Source of the DNA: Phyllobates terribilis
Lineage: Eukaryota
DNA: 64,000 bases
Direction: 5' to 3'
Assembly: GCF_046119375.1 (NCBI RefSeq)
Contig: NW_027362765.1
Span: 156,054,001-156,118,000 of the forward strand
Part shown: piece by piece, positions 53,601 through 64,000 of the stretch
Layout: each line of letters opens with the position of its first letter
Numbering within the stretch: the stretch's first letter is position 1
Program-made: the position numbers and the translations under genes
Notes under the pieces: model-generated
Seen by the model: the letters and a program-made list of their open reading frames with translations, nothing else
The model's database searches: none
Told to the model about the DNA's origin: nothing

Positions 53601-56600
53601 AAGGTGGCGGGGCATGACTCAGGGATGAGGACTGGCGATCTCTGAATCCTGTGTCACGCTCCGTCCCTAGGGCTTGTCCTAGATCGTACACAGGACCCAT
53701 TTTCTCTGCAGCGTTACTGTAAATGTGGCTTTCCTTCCACACAAGGTGACTTTGCCTTACATTTTTCTTAGATTACATAGAGGAGGATGGGATCTTACCT
53801 TTTCTGATTTTCTCTTTTTAGCTACACAAATACAGATGGGCACGGATATAAAAGAAGACAGTCGGGATCCGGCATATAGCGGGAGAGAAGGACATGACAG
53901 AGAATGGGGGAATCGCCATGTGTATCGGTTTATCAGGCAGGACAAAGCCAGGAAAAGTATGATAGACATGTAGAGAACAAAGTGTTTGGGAGGGGGCACA
54001 AAGGGGGGGAAAAAAAGGGAAAAAATGTTTAGTTTAGGCCAATGAACGGGATCTAGAAATGCAGTATAGTAAGAAAACACAGCGGCTAGTTACCTCCAGA
54101 CTGACTAAACGCACCTTTCTTCTCTGCTCCGTATGACCAGTCATTATCATTGACATCGTCGTTGTCTTCCTGGTCACTCTCAGATTTATTCATATTGTTG
54201 CTGCTTGCAANNNNNNNNNNNNNNNNNNNNNNNNNNNNNNNNNNNNNNNNNNNNNNNNNNNNNNNNNNNNNNNNNNNNNNNNNNNNNNNNNNNNNNNNNN
54301 NNNNNNNNNNNNNNNNNNNNNNNNNNNNNNNNNNNNNNNNNNNNNNNNNNNNNNNNNNNNNGATCACTGTAGGTATATGTAATTATATATAATTACATAT
54401 ACACTGTGTTCCAAATTATTATGCAAATAATATTCTCAGATTTTCCCAAATTACCTATATGAATTGCAGTCATTGTAATTTTCCAGTCAAATAACTATTA
54501 GAGTACAATTGAAAGGTTTTTGGACAAACTGCCTATGATAACAGTATATTTTGTAAAAAATAAAAAACTCAAACTGCACTCAAAATGCATGTTCCAAATT
54601 ATTATGCACAGCAGAGTTTTCAACCTTTTCATTTTAATAAAGAACAAAAAAAATTGTCATTTTTGAAATTATAAGCATTAGCAGGTTATTACAAACTGAA
54701 ATCAAACAGTTCTCAACTCAAAACTTTATTCTAGGTGATGTTACATTTGCACATAGGACCGCTTGTTCGAAAGGAGCTTCTGAACTCTCTTGTCCATTGA
54801 ATTTGTCAGGTTTTGGATGGTTTCTGCTTCAGTTGTTTTGCATGAGGACAGAATACCCTCCCAGAGCTGTTGCTTAGATGTGAACTGCCTCCCGCCATCA
54901 TAGACACTCCTTTTGATGATGCTCCAGAGGTTCTCAATGGGGTTGAGGTCAGGGGAGCATGGGGGTCACACCATAAGTTTGTCCCCTTTTATGCCCATAG
55001 CAGCCAGAGATGCAGATGTGTTATGTGCAGCATGAGACGGGGCATTATCATGCATGAAATGATCTCGATGGTCCAGATGGATGGAGTGGAGGATGGCTGG
55101 TTGATGGACACCCCATGCAAACACGGCTACGGCGCTAACAAGGAGGAGGTGGAGTAATGTTTTGGGCTGGAATCATGGGGAGAGAGATTGTCGGCCCTTT
55201 TAGGATCCCTGAAGGGGTAAAGATGAACTCCATAATGTATGTTGAGTTTCTCAAACAGCACTTCCTGCCATGGTTCAAGAAGAAGAACCGTGCATTCCGC
55301 AGCAAGATCATTTTCATGCATGATAATGCCCCGTCTCATGCTGCACATAACACATCTGCATCACTGGCTGCTATGGGCATAAAAGGGGACAAACTTATGG
55401 TGTGGCACCCATGCTCCCCTGACCTCAACCCCATTGAGAACCTCTGGAGCATCATCAAAAGGAGTGTCTATGATGGCGGGAGGCAGTTCACATCTAAGCA
55501 ACAGCTCTGGGAGGGTATTCTGTCCTCATGCAAAACAATTAAAGCAGAAACCATCCAAAACCTGACAAATTCAATGGACGAGAGAGTTCAGAAGCTCCTT
55601 TCCAACAAGCGGTCCTATGTGCAAATGTAACATCACCTAGAATAAAGTTTTGAGTTGAAAACTGTTTGATTTCAGTTTGTAATAACCTGCTAATGCTTAT
55701 AATTTCAAAAATGATCATTTTTTTGTTCTTTATTAAAATGAAAAGGTTGAAAACTCTGCTGTGCATAATAATTTGGAACATGCATTTTGAGTGCAGTTTG
55801 AGTTTTTTATTTTTTTAAAAATATACTGTTATCATAGGCAGTTTGTCCAAAAACCTTTCAATTGTACTCTAATAGTTATTTGACTGGAAAATTACAATGA
55901 CTGCAATTCATATAGGTAATTTGGGAAAATCTGAGAATATTATTTGCATAATAATTTGGAACACAGTGTATATATGTAATTATACCGCTCCCTCTCTCAC
56001 TCTGGCAAAGGGCTATAAAAGAAGGGTCAAATTCATTTTTTCCATACAGCTGAAGAAGGCTGCAAACAGCCGAAACGCGTTGTGTATATAGGTTTTATAT
56101 TAGTGTGAATTTTTTTATTTATTTTTTTTTTTACTTATGAGCAACCTGAAGTCCCTGCACCTTGATCTCACTTAGTGGCAAAGACAGCGCCATTACCTGG
56201 TTCTTCCTTTTTGGCATCCTTGTTGTGGGATACTCCTGTCTCAGGATTCAATCCCACCTCACCAGGTCGGCCGCAGTCTTTTGCAAATTCATCTGTACTA
56301 CAAGCGGGAGCCTCTGCTTGCACAACCGCATCAGGTGAGCAATTTTCTATAGATACTCACCCTTTTAATTGATCAAATCTTACTACGCTTAGATAGCGCC
56401 ACGTTATTTCTCCTTTAGAAAAATCTATTATCGTTCATATGTTTCTCCCTTGTAAATTAACAACAGCTATACTCACCTCTGGTGTCGGCACTGGCTTTTC
56501 CGGGGATCGCTAGCTCACATGATCCCTGCGGTCAATCAGCGCTGGCTTCACTGACTTCGGACGAATCACATACATCTGGAGATAATGCAGTTCTCACTTC

Positions 56601-59600
56601 CTACTAATGTGATTTGTTCAAAGGCGGGGAAAGTGGAATGGACAATTATTGGCCGCAGTGATTGCGTGACATAATGTCATGTGAGCCCCAGAGTGCCAGT
56701 GCAGACACCACTGGAATAGCGCAGAGACAGGAGGTGAGTATAAGTGTTATTATTTTACTTGGGGCAAATATAGGAATTCAGAAGGGGTTGTTCGAGTAGT
56801 GGACAACTCCTTTAAAAGGGAGCTGTCCCAGACTACAAAAAGGTTGCTTTCTATTTGAAATAGCACCCCTCCTGACTATAGGTTGTGTCTGGTATTACAA
56901 CCCAGACCAATTGAAGTGAATGGAGCCAAGCTGCAATACCAGACATAACTCATAGCCAGGGGTGGCGCTGTTTCTGAAAGAAAGCAGCCTTGTTTTTATA
57001 ACGTTGGACAACCTGTGCAACATTAACATTTTTTTTGCTCTTACTTTTAGCACAGGGTGTGAGGGGTATACACGAGTTTGTGACCGATTGAAATTCAGCT
57101 TTCCTTCTCATGTTTGGACAGAGGCGCAGACATTATTATTACAGGACCCCAGTTGTACCCACCTTCGATTAGCAATGCGGCTGCTGTTCCGGCCCATGCC
57201 TAAACATTTCTCAAGGTGGGGGGCGAAGCGGGAGGCTGCTATACTGCGATTGCAGTTGGGGCACACACACTCTTTGCTTTTCCACTGATTATACACCTGG
57301 CCAAAGATGTCCACTCCTGGCTGGTCTATGATTTCTGCAAGAATAGAGGGGGGGGGAAAAAAAAGCAGCTGAAAACAGCAATGAAGGCAGAGGCCAGTGT
57401 ATTGGATGCAGGAGCCAACCACGTTGCTCAAGAAACGTCAAGGGTGTTTACGAAAGGGCTATTCTCATGTTCTTTAACTTGTCTGGTCCGATAACAGCAG
57501 GTTAATAACATTGTGGAGGTGCCTGGCCTGAATACTGAAAGTACGGCAGCCTGTAGAAAATTAACTTTATTTCTCCAAGGAACCGCCGGCTTTCAGTCAT
57601 GCAGACTTGCTCGGAGCAATCAGTCACTGCTCATAGCACGGAGAGCAGCGATTGCAAGCACACCCCGACACTGACTGAAAGCTGGCTCTGCACTTATGCA
57701 CTGTAGAGCCTGCTGTCAGTCAGCGTCGGGGTATACTTACAGCTGTCGCTCTCCGTGCTGTAAGCAGTGACGGTAATTGCTCCAAGCAAGTCTGCACGAC
57801 TGAAAGCCGGCGGCTCCCAAGGGAAATAATGCAAATTTTCTCCCTGGTGCCGCACTTTCAGTACTGTGGCCGGGAACCTCCATAACACTATTAACCCGCA
57901 GATTAGCCTTATATCTTCAGGTTAATAGGGTTATGTAGACTTCATGGATTCTTTTTTAAAACAGATAAGAGCTTTGCAATTTACTTGTTATTAAAAATAC
58001 TCTCTCTCGGGAACAGAATTTTTTTTTATGCTATTGTTTACTATGTGTAAACTAATATCCAAGCCCTCATACATCTATGCTGATGGAAAGATCAAAAAAA
58101 AAGAAAGTGTAAAAAAAGGTCCTGAAGGGGTTAAAAGACATCAGTGGACGCGGACCTCCTGATTCGTCCTATATAGCATGTACTGTATCTACATCCAAAC
58201 TCCCACGGAGATTGGGGAACCCATTATACAGATGTCCCTTAAAGGGATGGCATATCGCTAGGAGACACCATCCCTTTATGAGTGTAGGGATTCACCCTCT
58301 GGGCGAGAAAGAAGAGTAATGAATCAGTGCTGCAGTCCCTTCAGTGTCCCCATGTTTGCATGGTAAATGGGGTGTCTGCAGGTCTACAGAGATATAAATG
58401 GTGAAGGGGCTGCAGTGCTGAGCCCCCTTTATTCACAGAAGGGGGGCAGATCGTTAGTGATGGCATACCCCAAATTTTCTCTGATGACAGCGCACCTTTC
58501 CACCACACAGGAAACAAAATTGTACTTTCCAGTTCTGGACCCAAATCTAAAAATACCCAACAGGTTCCCTTTAAAGACAATCCTTCTTCCTGTTTGTGGC
58601 GCCGCACGAGACATAAAACACAATTATGGCTACTCACCAAAATCCTTCATACTTTCAGGGTCCGTCTCATCCAGTAAGAAGTATCCACACTTTACAGCTC
58701 TGTGGACCTCAAAACTCAGCCCCAGACACGCGTCCTCCACCAGATCTGTGTATATGTCGTGAGCAAGAGCCTAGGAGAGAGCGCAGACGGGTGTCAGTAT
58801 GGTGAGCATGGCCGAACTACGCTCCCCTTAGGATCAACGGGGGTGCAAAATACCTGGTGGTATTTTACAAAAGGAGTTGTAGTATTTTTTGGTGCCATTT
58901 TAGGCCAGTTTCACACATTCAGTATTTGGTCAGTATTTTACATCAGTATCTGTAAGCCAAAACCAGGAGTGGGTGATAAATACAGAAGTGGTGACGTGTT
59001 TCTATTATACTTTTCCTCTGATTGCTCCACTCCTGGTTTTGGCTTATAAATACTGATCAAATACTGACCACATTGTGAACGTGGCCTTAGAGTGCATATA
59101 ATTTACTACTTTTTTTTTTTTTTTTTTTTTGAGGGGGTGAAGGCAAATCTACAATTTTTTTTAGCCCAGAAGTGATCACTTATTTTAGACCTCCGAGTTG
59201 TGCCAAATTTATATATATCTTATGAAAAGCCATTTAAAATAATTAGAATTTTTTAGTAAACTATGACATTTTATTTTACTCATATTTTTTAAGGACCAGA
59301 GATTGTTTAAGCGCTTGTATAATGCTCTGGAATATACGGCATTATAGTCTGCAGGCCTGGGGGCTGTTAGGCCCTTGGCTGTCAGGGTAACCCAGCACTT
59401 TGTGGTCACCGCAGAACGGCCGCTGGGCTGGCAGAGGGAGCGTCCTCCCTGTCATACAGCTGGAGGCCGAATTCAGATGTCAGTGTTGCATCCATGTTTT
59501 CACAGATAAAATATGTACCCATTATATTCTACGGTGCTATTCACATGTCTGTGTTTTTCATGGGCTGTGTAACCGTGAAAAACTCAGGGAGACATGTACA

Positions 59601-61875
59601 TATTTCTCCATTATTATGAATGAGAAGTCCAATAGAAGTCTGTGGGTCCGTGAAAAATACGTACAGCACACGGATGGCATCTATCTGATGTCCGTATTTA
59701 ACACTTAAATGTATACAAGAAGCTTTGTCATTTATTTATTGATTTATCCATCCATGAAAAACACTGACGGTAAAAACGGACACACTGACCAAACACTGAT
59801 GGTAAAAATGGACACACTTATGACATTGGTAGCATTTTTTCATGTATGTGTTTAAACACAGATGTATGAATGAAGCCTAGATAAGTTTGCTGCTATTCAT
59901 CATGGCTTTTTAGGGGTTAAACTGTGGGCATCAGCAATAGCTCCGGCAGTGGTCCATGTATCAGTCAGGCCTCTGCTGTGATCTGGCGAGTACAGTGGGC
60001 AGTACTTACAAGATCAGCATGAAGGATATATCCGTCACAATGCGGGAAATAGCACCCAATCATGATAGATATAGCCGTCAATTGTCACTATGGGGTTAAA
60101 GGCACGCTGCCATGATTCAAGTCTGGACTGATGATCTTCCAGAAACATTTCTAATCTTGTTGATGGACTGTGTCCAGTATAGCAGCTCATCCTCATTAAA
60201 GGGAATGGGACTAAGCTGCAATACCAGATACAGCCTACTGATAAGAATGGTGCCATTTCTGGTAGGAAAATAACAAATGTTTTGTATGCCTAGCTCAGGG
60301 ATGTCAAACTGAAACACACAGAGGGCCAAAATGAAAAACTTGGACAAAGTCATGGGCCAACCAGTATACAGAATAATGGGCCCCACATAGTCCTCCATAC
60401 AGAATAATGGGCCCCACATAGTCCTCCATACAGAATAATGGGCCCCCACACAGTGTAATGGGCCCCCACACAGTCCTCCATACAGAATAATGGGCATCAC
60501 ATAGGTGTGGTGGTTCTGGTGTTGCGGGCCAAATAAAACCACCCTGCGGGTCAGAGTTGGACATGTATGGCCTAGCATGTACACTAAGAAAGCTACCGAT
60601 GGATAAGCTAAACGCCTCCATGGGTTGGCACTTGGTCAGTATACAGCTAAAAGGAGACTATATTTTATAAAAGGTATCTGGTAAAACATTAGTGATGGAT
60701 GCAACTGTACCCCATCTGTACGAGGCATCTGTATAATGTTTACACCCCAAAAAAGAAGAGACTGTACATGTGATGGGAACGAAGTGCTCGCTCATTGTTA
60801 TAAAGGATATTCATTTCTTCATTGTGTCCAGGAAAGATGAGTGACAACCAATATGGCCACTTTACCAGTGAACACAGGAGGCGTCACACTGCCTTCTGAG
60901 AGGCCTGTAAGGCAATCACCGCTCGGCTCTCCATCACTGCGTATATAATGTATAAGATGGCTTCATGTCGCTTCCTAGCCCGCAGATTACTTGTGGCTGC
61001 TCGGCCGTGACAACCCACGGAGGCTCCTGTACAAGGAATATCCTGACGACTTATGACCGGATCAGACGCCTGGCTCCACATAGGCATATAGCAGCATAAG
61101 TCACCCATTGGGTCCTATACTGTACGGTATACTTTTTTTTGTGGGAGCCCTCTATATACGAAGGAGCAGTCTGCTGGGCTTCCCATGGAGGAGATAACAG
61201 GGTATGATAATGAGTAATAGCCCAATGGAGACAAAAGGGGCACACTACACCCGCACTAGGGAAACGGGTGTGTAACATATATACACCAGACAGAGGGGGC
61301 ACATCGGGGCAGGTTTACCAATGCAGTCTGATCTTTAGACAGTGTTAATAAGCACCAGACTTATCATAGTGATTTATGCTATGTGACAAATCTGGAGTAC
61401 ATTAAAGCACCACTCCAGCGCAGGACTGGTGCCAGTAATGCAAGTTCCCTTCATCGTTACAGACTAAAACAGACACGGGAGACCTGGGGAGGGTGAGAAA
61501 AGCACATATTTGTTTGTCTTTTTTACTGCATTAAGGGGGTCAGGACTTTTATGAAACCAGAAAACCCCTTTAAGACTGTCTGCCCAAAGTTTACTCCACA
61601 CACTAGTTGGCTTACTTTGTGCCTGCAATGTGCGCTACAATTCCGATGCATTGTGTTGCATGTTAAACAATTACGCTCCTTTAATCTAAGCCACACCCCC
61701 TTGTCAGTCCAAAACACAAATATGAAACAGGACATGAAAGTTTTTTGCATAAATAACACCAGAGCTTGCCAAGTGTCTCCTGATCTGAGCCAGGCCTGAC
61801 GCCCGCTCTCTGCCCCCTCCTCACCTCCAGTTTACTGTTATCCAAGCCAGACAGAGACATGTCTTCCATGCTCAT
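41641..61875 (-). CDS. ATXN7L3: Ataxin-7-like 3 (SAGA DUB module), ~336 aa; exons 61875-61825, 58770-58638, 57334-57163, ~54212-54115, 53821-53799, 51311-51266, 51115-51084, 49145-49077, 44907-44792, 43974-43841, 41777-41641
   Basis: [17 protein letters not shown] start, Sgf11 zinc finger [25 protein letters not shown]7 domain [22 protein letters not shown], basic C-terminus [10 protein letters not shown]. All visible junctions GT-AG and in phase (total 1011 nt); the first 2 nt and acceptor of exon 4 lie in the N gap. Confidence 0.95.
43020..43555. repeat. ~270-bp unit present as two direct copies plus one inverted partial copy
   Basis: AAGCCAG..GACTTA.AGGCCAT..AATTTAAATAT..TTGAACT..GC.ACCTATTGGA..CAATATC.ACCCTT.AACAAGCC at ~43024-43175 and ~43289-43435; reverse complement at ~43472-43540. 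Confidence 0.8.
45356..45600. other. Assembly gap (N run)
   Basis: Run of N. Confidence 1.
45601..47182 (-). mobile_element. Second copy of the 266-bp-TIR Tc1 family, frameshifted and internally deleted; one end in the gap
   Basis: [16 protein letters not shown] (ATG 46769), near-identical to the 36283 copy; TIR end ...CTGTACTG|TA at 47182. Confidence 0.93.
47492..47750 (-). mobile_element. tRNA-derived SINE (V-SINE-like) with L2-type tail
   Basis: A box GTGGCTCAGTGG, B box GGTTCAAATTCC, central GTTTGTATGTTCTCCCTGTGTTTGCGTGGGTTTCCTCC, tail TGTAAAGCGCTG...AATAAAT. Confidence 0.85.
47915..48900 (+). mobile_element. 5'-truncated CR1 LINE (RT C-terminal half and 3' UTR), antisense in an ATXN7L3 intron
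   Basis: [54 protein letters not shown]; ends with ATTCTATGA. Confidence 0.93.
49210..50952. mobile_element. Tc1-like non-autonomous element containing a Penelope fragment and a Harbinger-like MITE (50020-50881)
   Basis: CATACCCTGTGAACTTTTCCACATT at the left vs AATGTGGAAAAGTTCACAGGGTATG...GGCACTG|TA at the right; inner GGCTGTGTGCCCACGATGC ... GCATCGTGGGCACATAGCC with TTA/TAA flanks. Confidence 0.7.
49482..49935 (+). mobile_element. Penelope-like element 3' fragment with 5' inverted segment and hammerhead-like motif
   Basis: Peptide [20 protein letters not shown] (49546-49605) resembling the end of a PLE GIY-YIG ORF; 49482-49512 is its reverse complement; CTGAAAAAGG...GAAAGCTTGC at 49848-49881; AATAAA ~49909. 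Confidence 0.7.
51911..52483. mobile_element. T2-family MITE
   Basis: TTAA|AGGGAGTTGTCCACTACTTTAT ... ATAAAGTAGTGGACAACTTCT|TTAA, internally palindromic. Confidence 0.85.
54211..54361. other. Assembly gap (N run) hiding the ATXN7L3 exon 4 acceptor
   Basis: Run of N abutting the coding sequence TTGCAAGCAGC (minus strand). Confidence 1.
54402..55968. mobile_element. Foldback Tc1 derivative made of two 3' ends
   Basis: Arms 54402-55065 and 55305-55968 (664 bp each) are reverse complements and include the transposase C-terminus ([15 protein letters not shown]); TA flanks. Confidence 0.9.
56044..56087 (+). ncRNA. Minimal type I hammerhead ribozyme motif (Penelope-type)
   Basis: ATACA-G-CTGAAGA-A-GGCTG(CAAA)CAGCC-GAAA-CGCG-TT-G-TGTAT: full catalytic core, 5-bp stem II, palindromic CGCG stem III loop, 5-bp stem I with a G.G mismatch at the cleavage-proximal pair. 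Confidence 0.7.
57495..57950. mobile_element. Palindromic MITE
   Basis: GCAGGTTAATA..TGGAGGT..GGCC.GAATACTGAAAGT vs ACTTTCAGTACTGTGGCC..ACCTCCA..TATTAACCCGC. Confidence 0.7.
60296..60569. mobile_element. hAT-type MITE with internal ~30-bp minisatellite
   Basis: 8-bp TSD GCCTAGCT/GCCTAGCA; termini CAGGGATGTCAAACT ... AGTTGGACATGTATG; unit CATACAGAATAATGGGCCCCACATAGTCCTC. Confidence 0.8.
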
Positions 61876-62582
61876 TTGCATCCAGTACTTGGGGGATGAT
61901 GATGCCCGGCCGGGCAGAAGACGGGCAGCCGCTGCCCCTGATCTGTAATACAGAGAAGACACATTAACCACACAATGTATAAAAGTCGACGGAATAACGA
62001 CACAAGAGGGGCGTCCTATAGGAAAGGTACGGCTGAGCCACTCGCCATGGTCACACCAATATAGAGTGGCGTCAAACACCATCATAGGGGGCAGCGCGGC
62101 CGGCACAGCAGAGGTTGCGCCATTATGAATAAAAACTTTATCTACCAAAAGCTGCATTTGCCCAATGTCAGATCACCTCTATCGACTTCTATGGGGAAAA
62201 ACCCGGAAACCATGGGACTCAGATGGCGGTAGTGTCACAGCGATACCGACCAATCACAGAACAGGAGCAAATAATTGCCTGTCTGGGGACTACTGATCCC
62301 AGCAAGCATCTACCATGGGATGCTGGGCATTTTAGTTCTCCTGCTGCCTGTGTAAATGGCACAGGACTATGGCTGCTGGCTAGATGCCATGCTGCGCTGA
62401 CCACCATGCCCCAGTGCTGCCAGTGTGCAGAGCAGCTACACAGCAGGGCATTGCACAATACACACTGCTGTGCAGCACAGCACTCACTGCTCACACACAG
62501 CAGGCTGCAGAGCACATGCGCACACGAGCAGCTGATGGCCATGTATACGGCGCGCCGCCGGCACAGGCTTCATTGTTCTTAC

Positions 62583-62930
62583 CCCGCATTACCCCCGTCT
62601 GCCGCTTCTCTCCGGTCTCCTCAGCATCGAATAGCACCATCCGCCATTTTACCTTGCCAGGCGGACTCAATCAACGGCTGAGAAGATCGAGCCACAAGCC
62701 ACGCCCCTCTGGGCGTGCCCGTAAACAGCAGCATCAACATCCATGCTCGGCGATCCATCCACTGCGGAAGGAAACTGCAGCACTAGGGAGAACGTGAGCC
62801 AACCAATCACACGGCGGGGCTGGTTAGACGGCAGCCAGTAGGAGGCAGAGGGGGCGTGGTGATCGCTTGTTGTCATGGGAACTGGGCAGTAACAGTCAGT
62901 GCGGCGTTGGCTCATGTGAGAGCAGCGTGT
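62583..62930 (-). promoter_or_regulatory. ATXN7L3: ATXN7L3 5' UTR exon and CpG-rich promoter
   Basis: Minus-strand donor GTAAGA at 62582; acceptor at 61943-61944 upstream of the ATG exon; GCCACGCCCC (SP/KLF) ~62698 and CCAATCA ~62804. Confidence 0.6.
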
Positions 62931-63637
62931 TCATGATCGCCCCTTTAAATGTCTAATCCCCCCACAAATCCCCAATCACTAAAAGCCCATGAGCGCATGT
63001 GACAGTTCTGACCATCGTCTCTGATCTGTTACTGGGAAAGGTGGGTGACCACTGATGTGAGCAGTAGTCCAGGAGGTCTCTGCTTTCCCAGAATCTGCCC
63101 ACACTGTTACTAATAGGTGATTCATTCCTGGAAGCCTGTAATGGAACTGATAACATTATATTGATTTTCTTGTATGCAAAAAAAACAAAAACAAAGATGT
63201 GTGAATGCGGCCTTAAAGGGGTGTTCTCTGACTCCCAATTCTCCACCAATCCGAGAATCTGGTCATTAGGGGTCTCACCAGTCAGGGTCCTGAGTCCCCG
63301 ACATGTTACACATAGCTCCAGTGAAAGGAAAGAAGATGAGCAGGACCCTGGGACAATGGCGGTAAACTGTCGCCCAGAGCCCTGCAGACCCCCTCCTACC
63401 TGTGACATCCCTGGCCCCTCTCTGATTACTAGGGCGATGGACCGTCATTATGATATAGTGACTAATCAGAAGAGGCGCTGGGGATGTCACAGGTAGGAGG
63501 GGTTCCGCAGGGCTATGGGACTACCAATATGGCCGCTGGACCAGGGTCTGTGGATGTTTTTGCTCAACTGTACTGAGTAACATACTCAAAAAAAGTCCAA
63601 TTACATGATGTTAGACACTTCAAATTACTGCAAGACA

Positions 63638-63979
63638 ACCTGACGGATGCCGTTTCGCTGGTCGCTTCTTCCGGCCTCGCTTTCGCTGGTCGCTTCTTCC
63701 GGCCTCGCTTTCGCTGGTCGCTTCTTCCGGCCTCGCTTTCGCTGGTCGCTTCTTCCGGCCTCGCTTTCGCTGGTCGCTTCTTCCGGGCTCACTTTCGCTG
63801 GTCGTTTCTTCCGGCCTCGCTTTCGCTGGTCGCTTCTTCCGGCCTCGCTTTCACTGGTCGCTTCTTCCGGGCTCACTTTCGCTGGTCGTTTCTTCCGGGC
63901 TCGCTTTCGCTGGCTGCTTCTTCCGGACGCCGTTTCGCTGGCCCAGAAGAAGCGACCAGTGAAACAGCGTCCGTCAGGT
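63638..63979. repeat. 28-bp tandem repeat (~10 units) inside an inverted repeat
   Basis: Unit TCGCTTTCGCTGGTCGCTTCTTCCGGCC; flanks ACCTGACGGATGCCGTTTCGCTGGTCGCTTCTT and AAGAAGCGACCAGTGAAACAGCGTCCGTCAGGT are reverse complements. Confidence 0.9.
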
Positions 63980-64000
63980 GTGGGGACGACACAGTTGTCT

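Noticed and set aside
60128-60152. CTGATGA...GAAAC hammerhead candidate
   Set aside because: No stem II without using the GAAA core; no stem I.
62219-62915. Overlapping 80-150-aa ORFs near the ATXN7L3 5' end
   Set aside because: GC-rich promoter and intron sequence with low stop density; no domain signal.
63625-63876. 83-aa ORF with PEEATSESEAGRSDQRKRGRKKRPAK repeats resembling a nuclear protein
   Set aside because: 28-aa periodicity is three 28-bp repeat units; no splice or domain support.

Overview
Vertebrate genomic window, inferred to be a frog from its TE repertoire. Four intron-containing genes were reconstructed exon by exon from splice signals and frame continuity: the 3' part of ASB16 (+), a complete 5-exon SPRTN (-), TMUB2 (+) and ATXN7L3 (-, 11 coding exons). 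ASB16-TMUB2-ATXN7L3 is the human 17q21 gene order, but here SPRTN (1q42, head-to-head with EXOC8 in human) lies between ASB16 and TMUB2 and appears to share a compact bidirectional promoter with TMUB2. A ~7.4 kb G-rich 35/38-bp minisatellite fills TMUB2 intron 1 and explains the three spurious ~2,500-aa ORFs. The remainder is dense TE sequence: several Tc1 elements (one lost its ATG by micro-inversion, one is a foldback built from two 3' ends), a defective near full-length DIRS1 retrotransposon nested in a Tc1, a CR1 LINE, a V-SINE, many MITEs, and Penelope/retrozyme-type relics with hammerhead-ribozyme cores, one apparently amplified into a 28-bp tandem repeat. Two assembly gaps (45356-45600, 54211-54361). 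No database searches or alignments were run; family names come from motif recognition.
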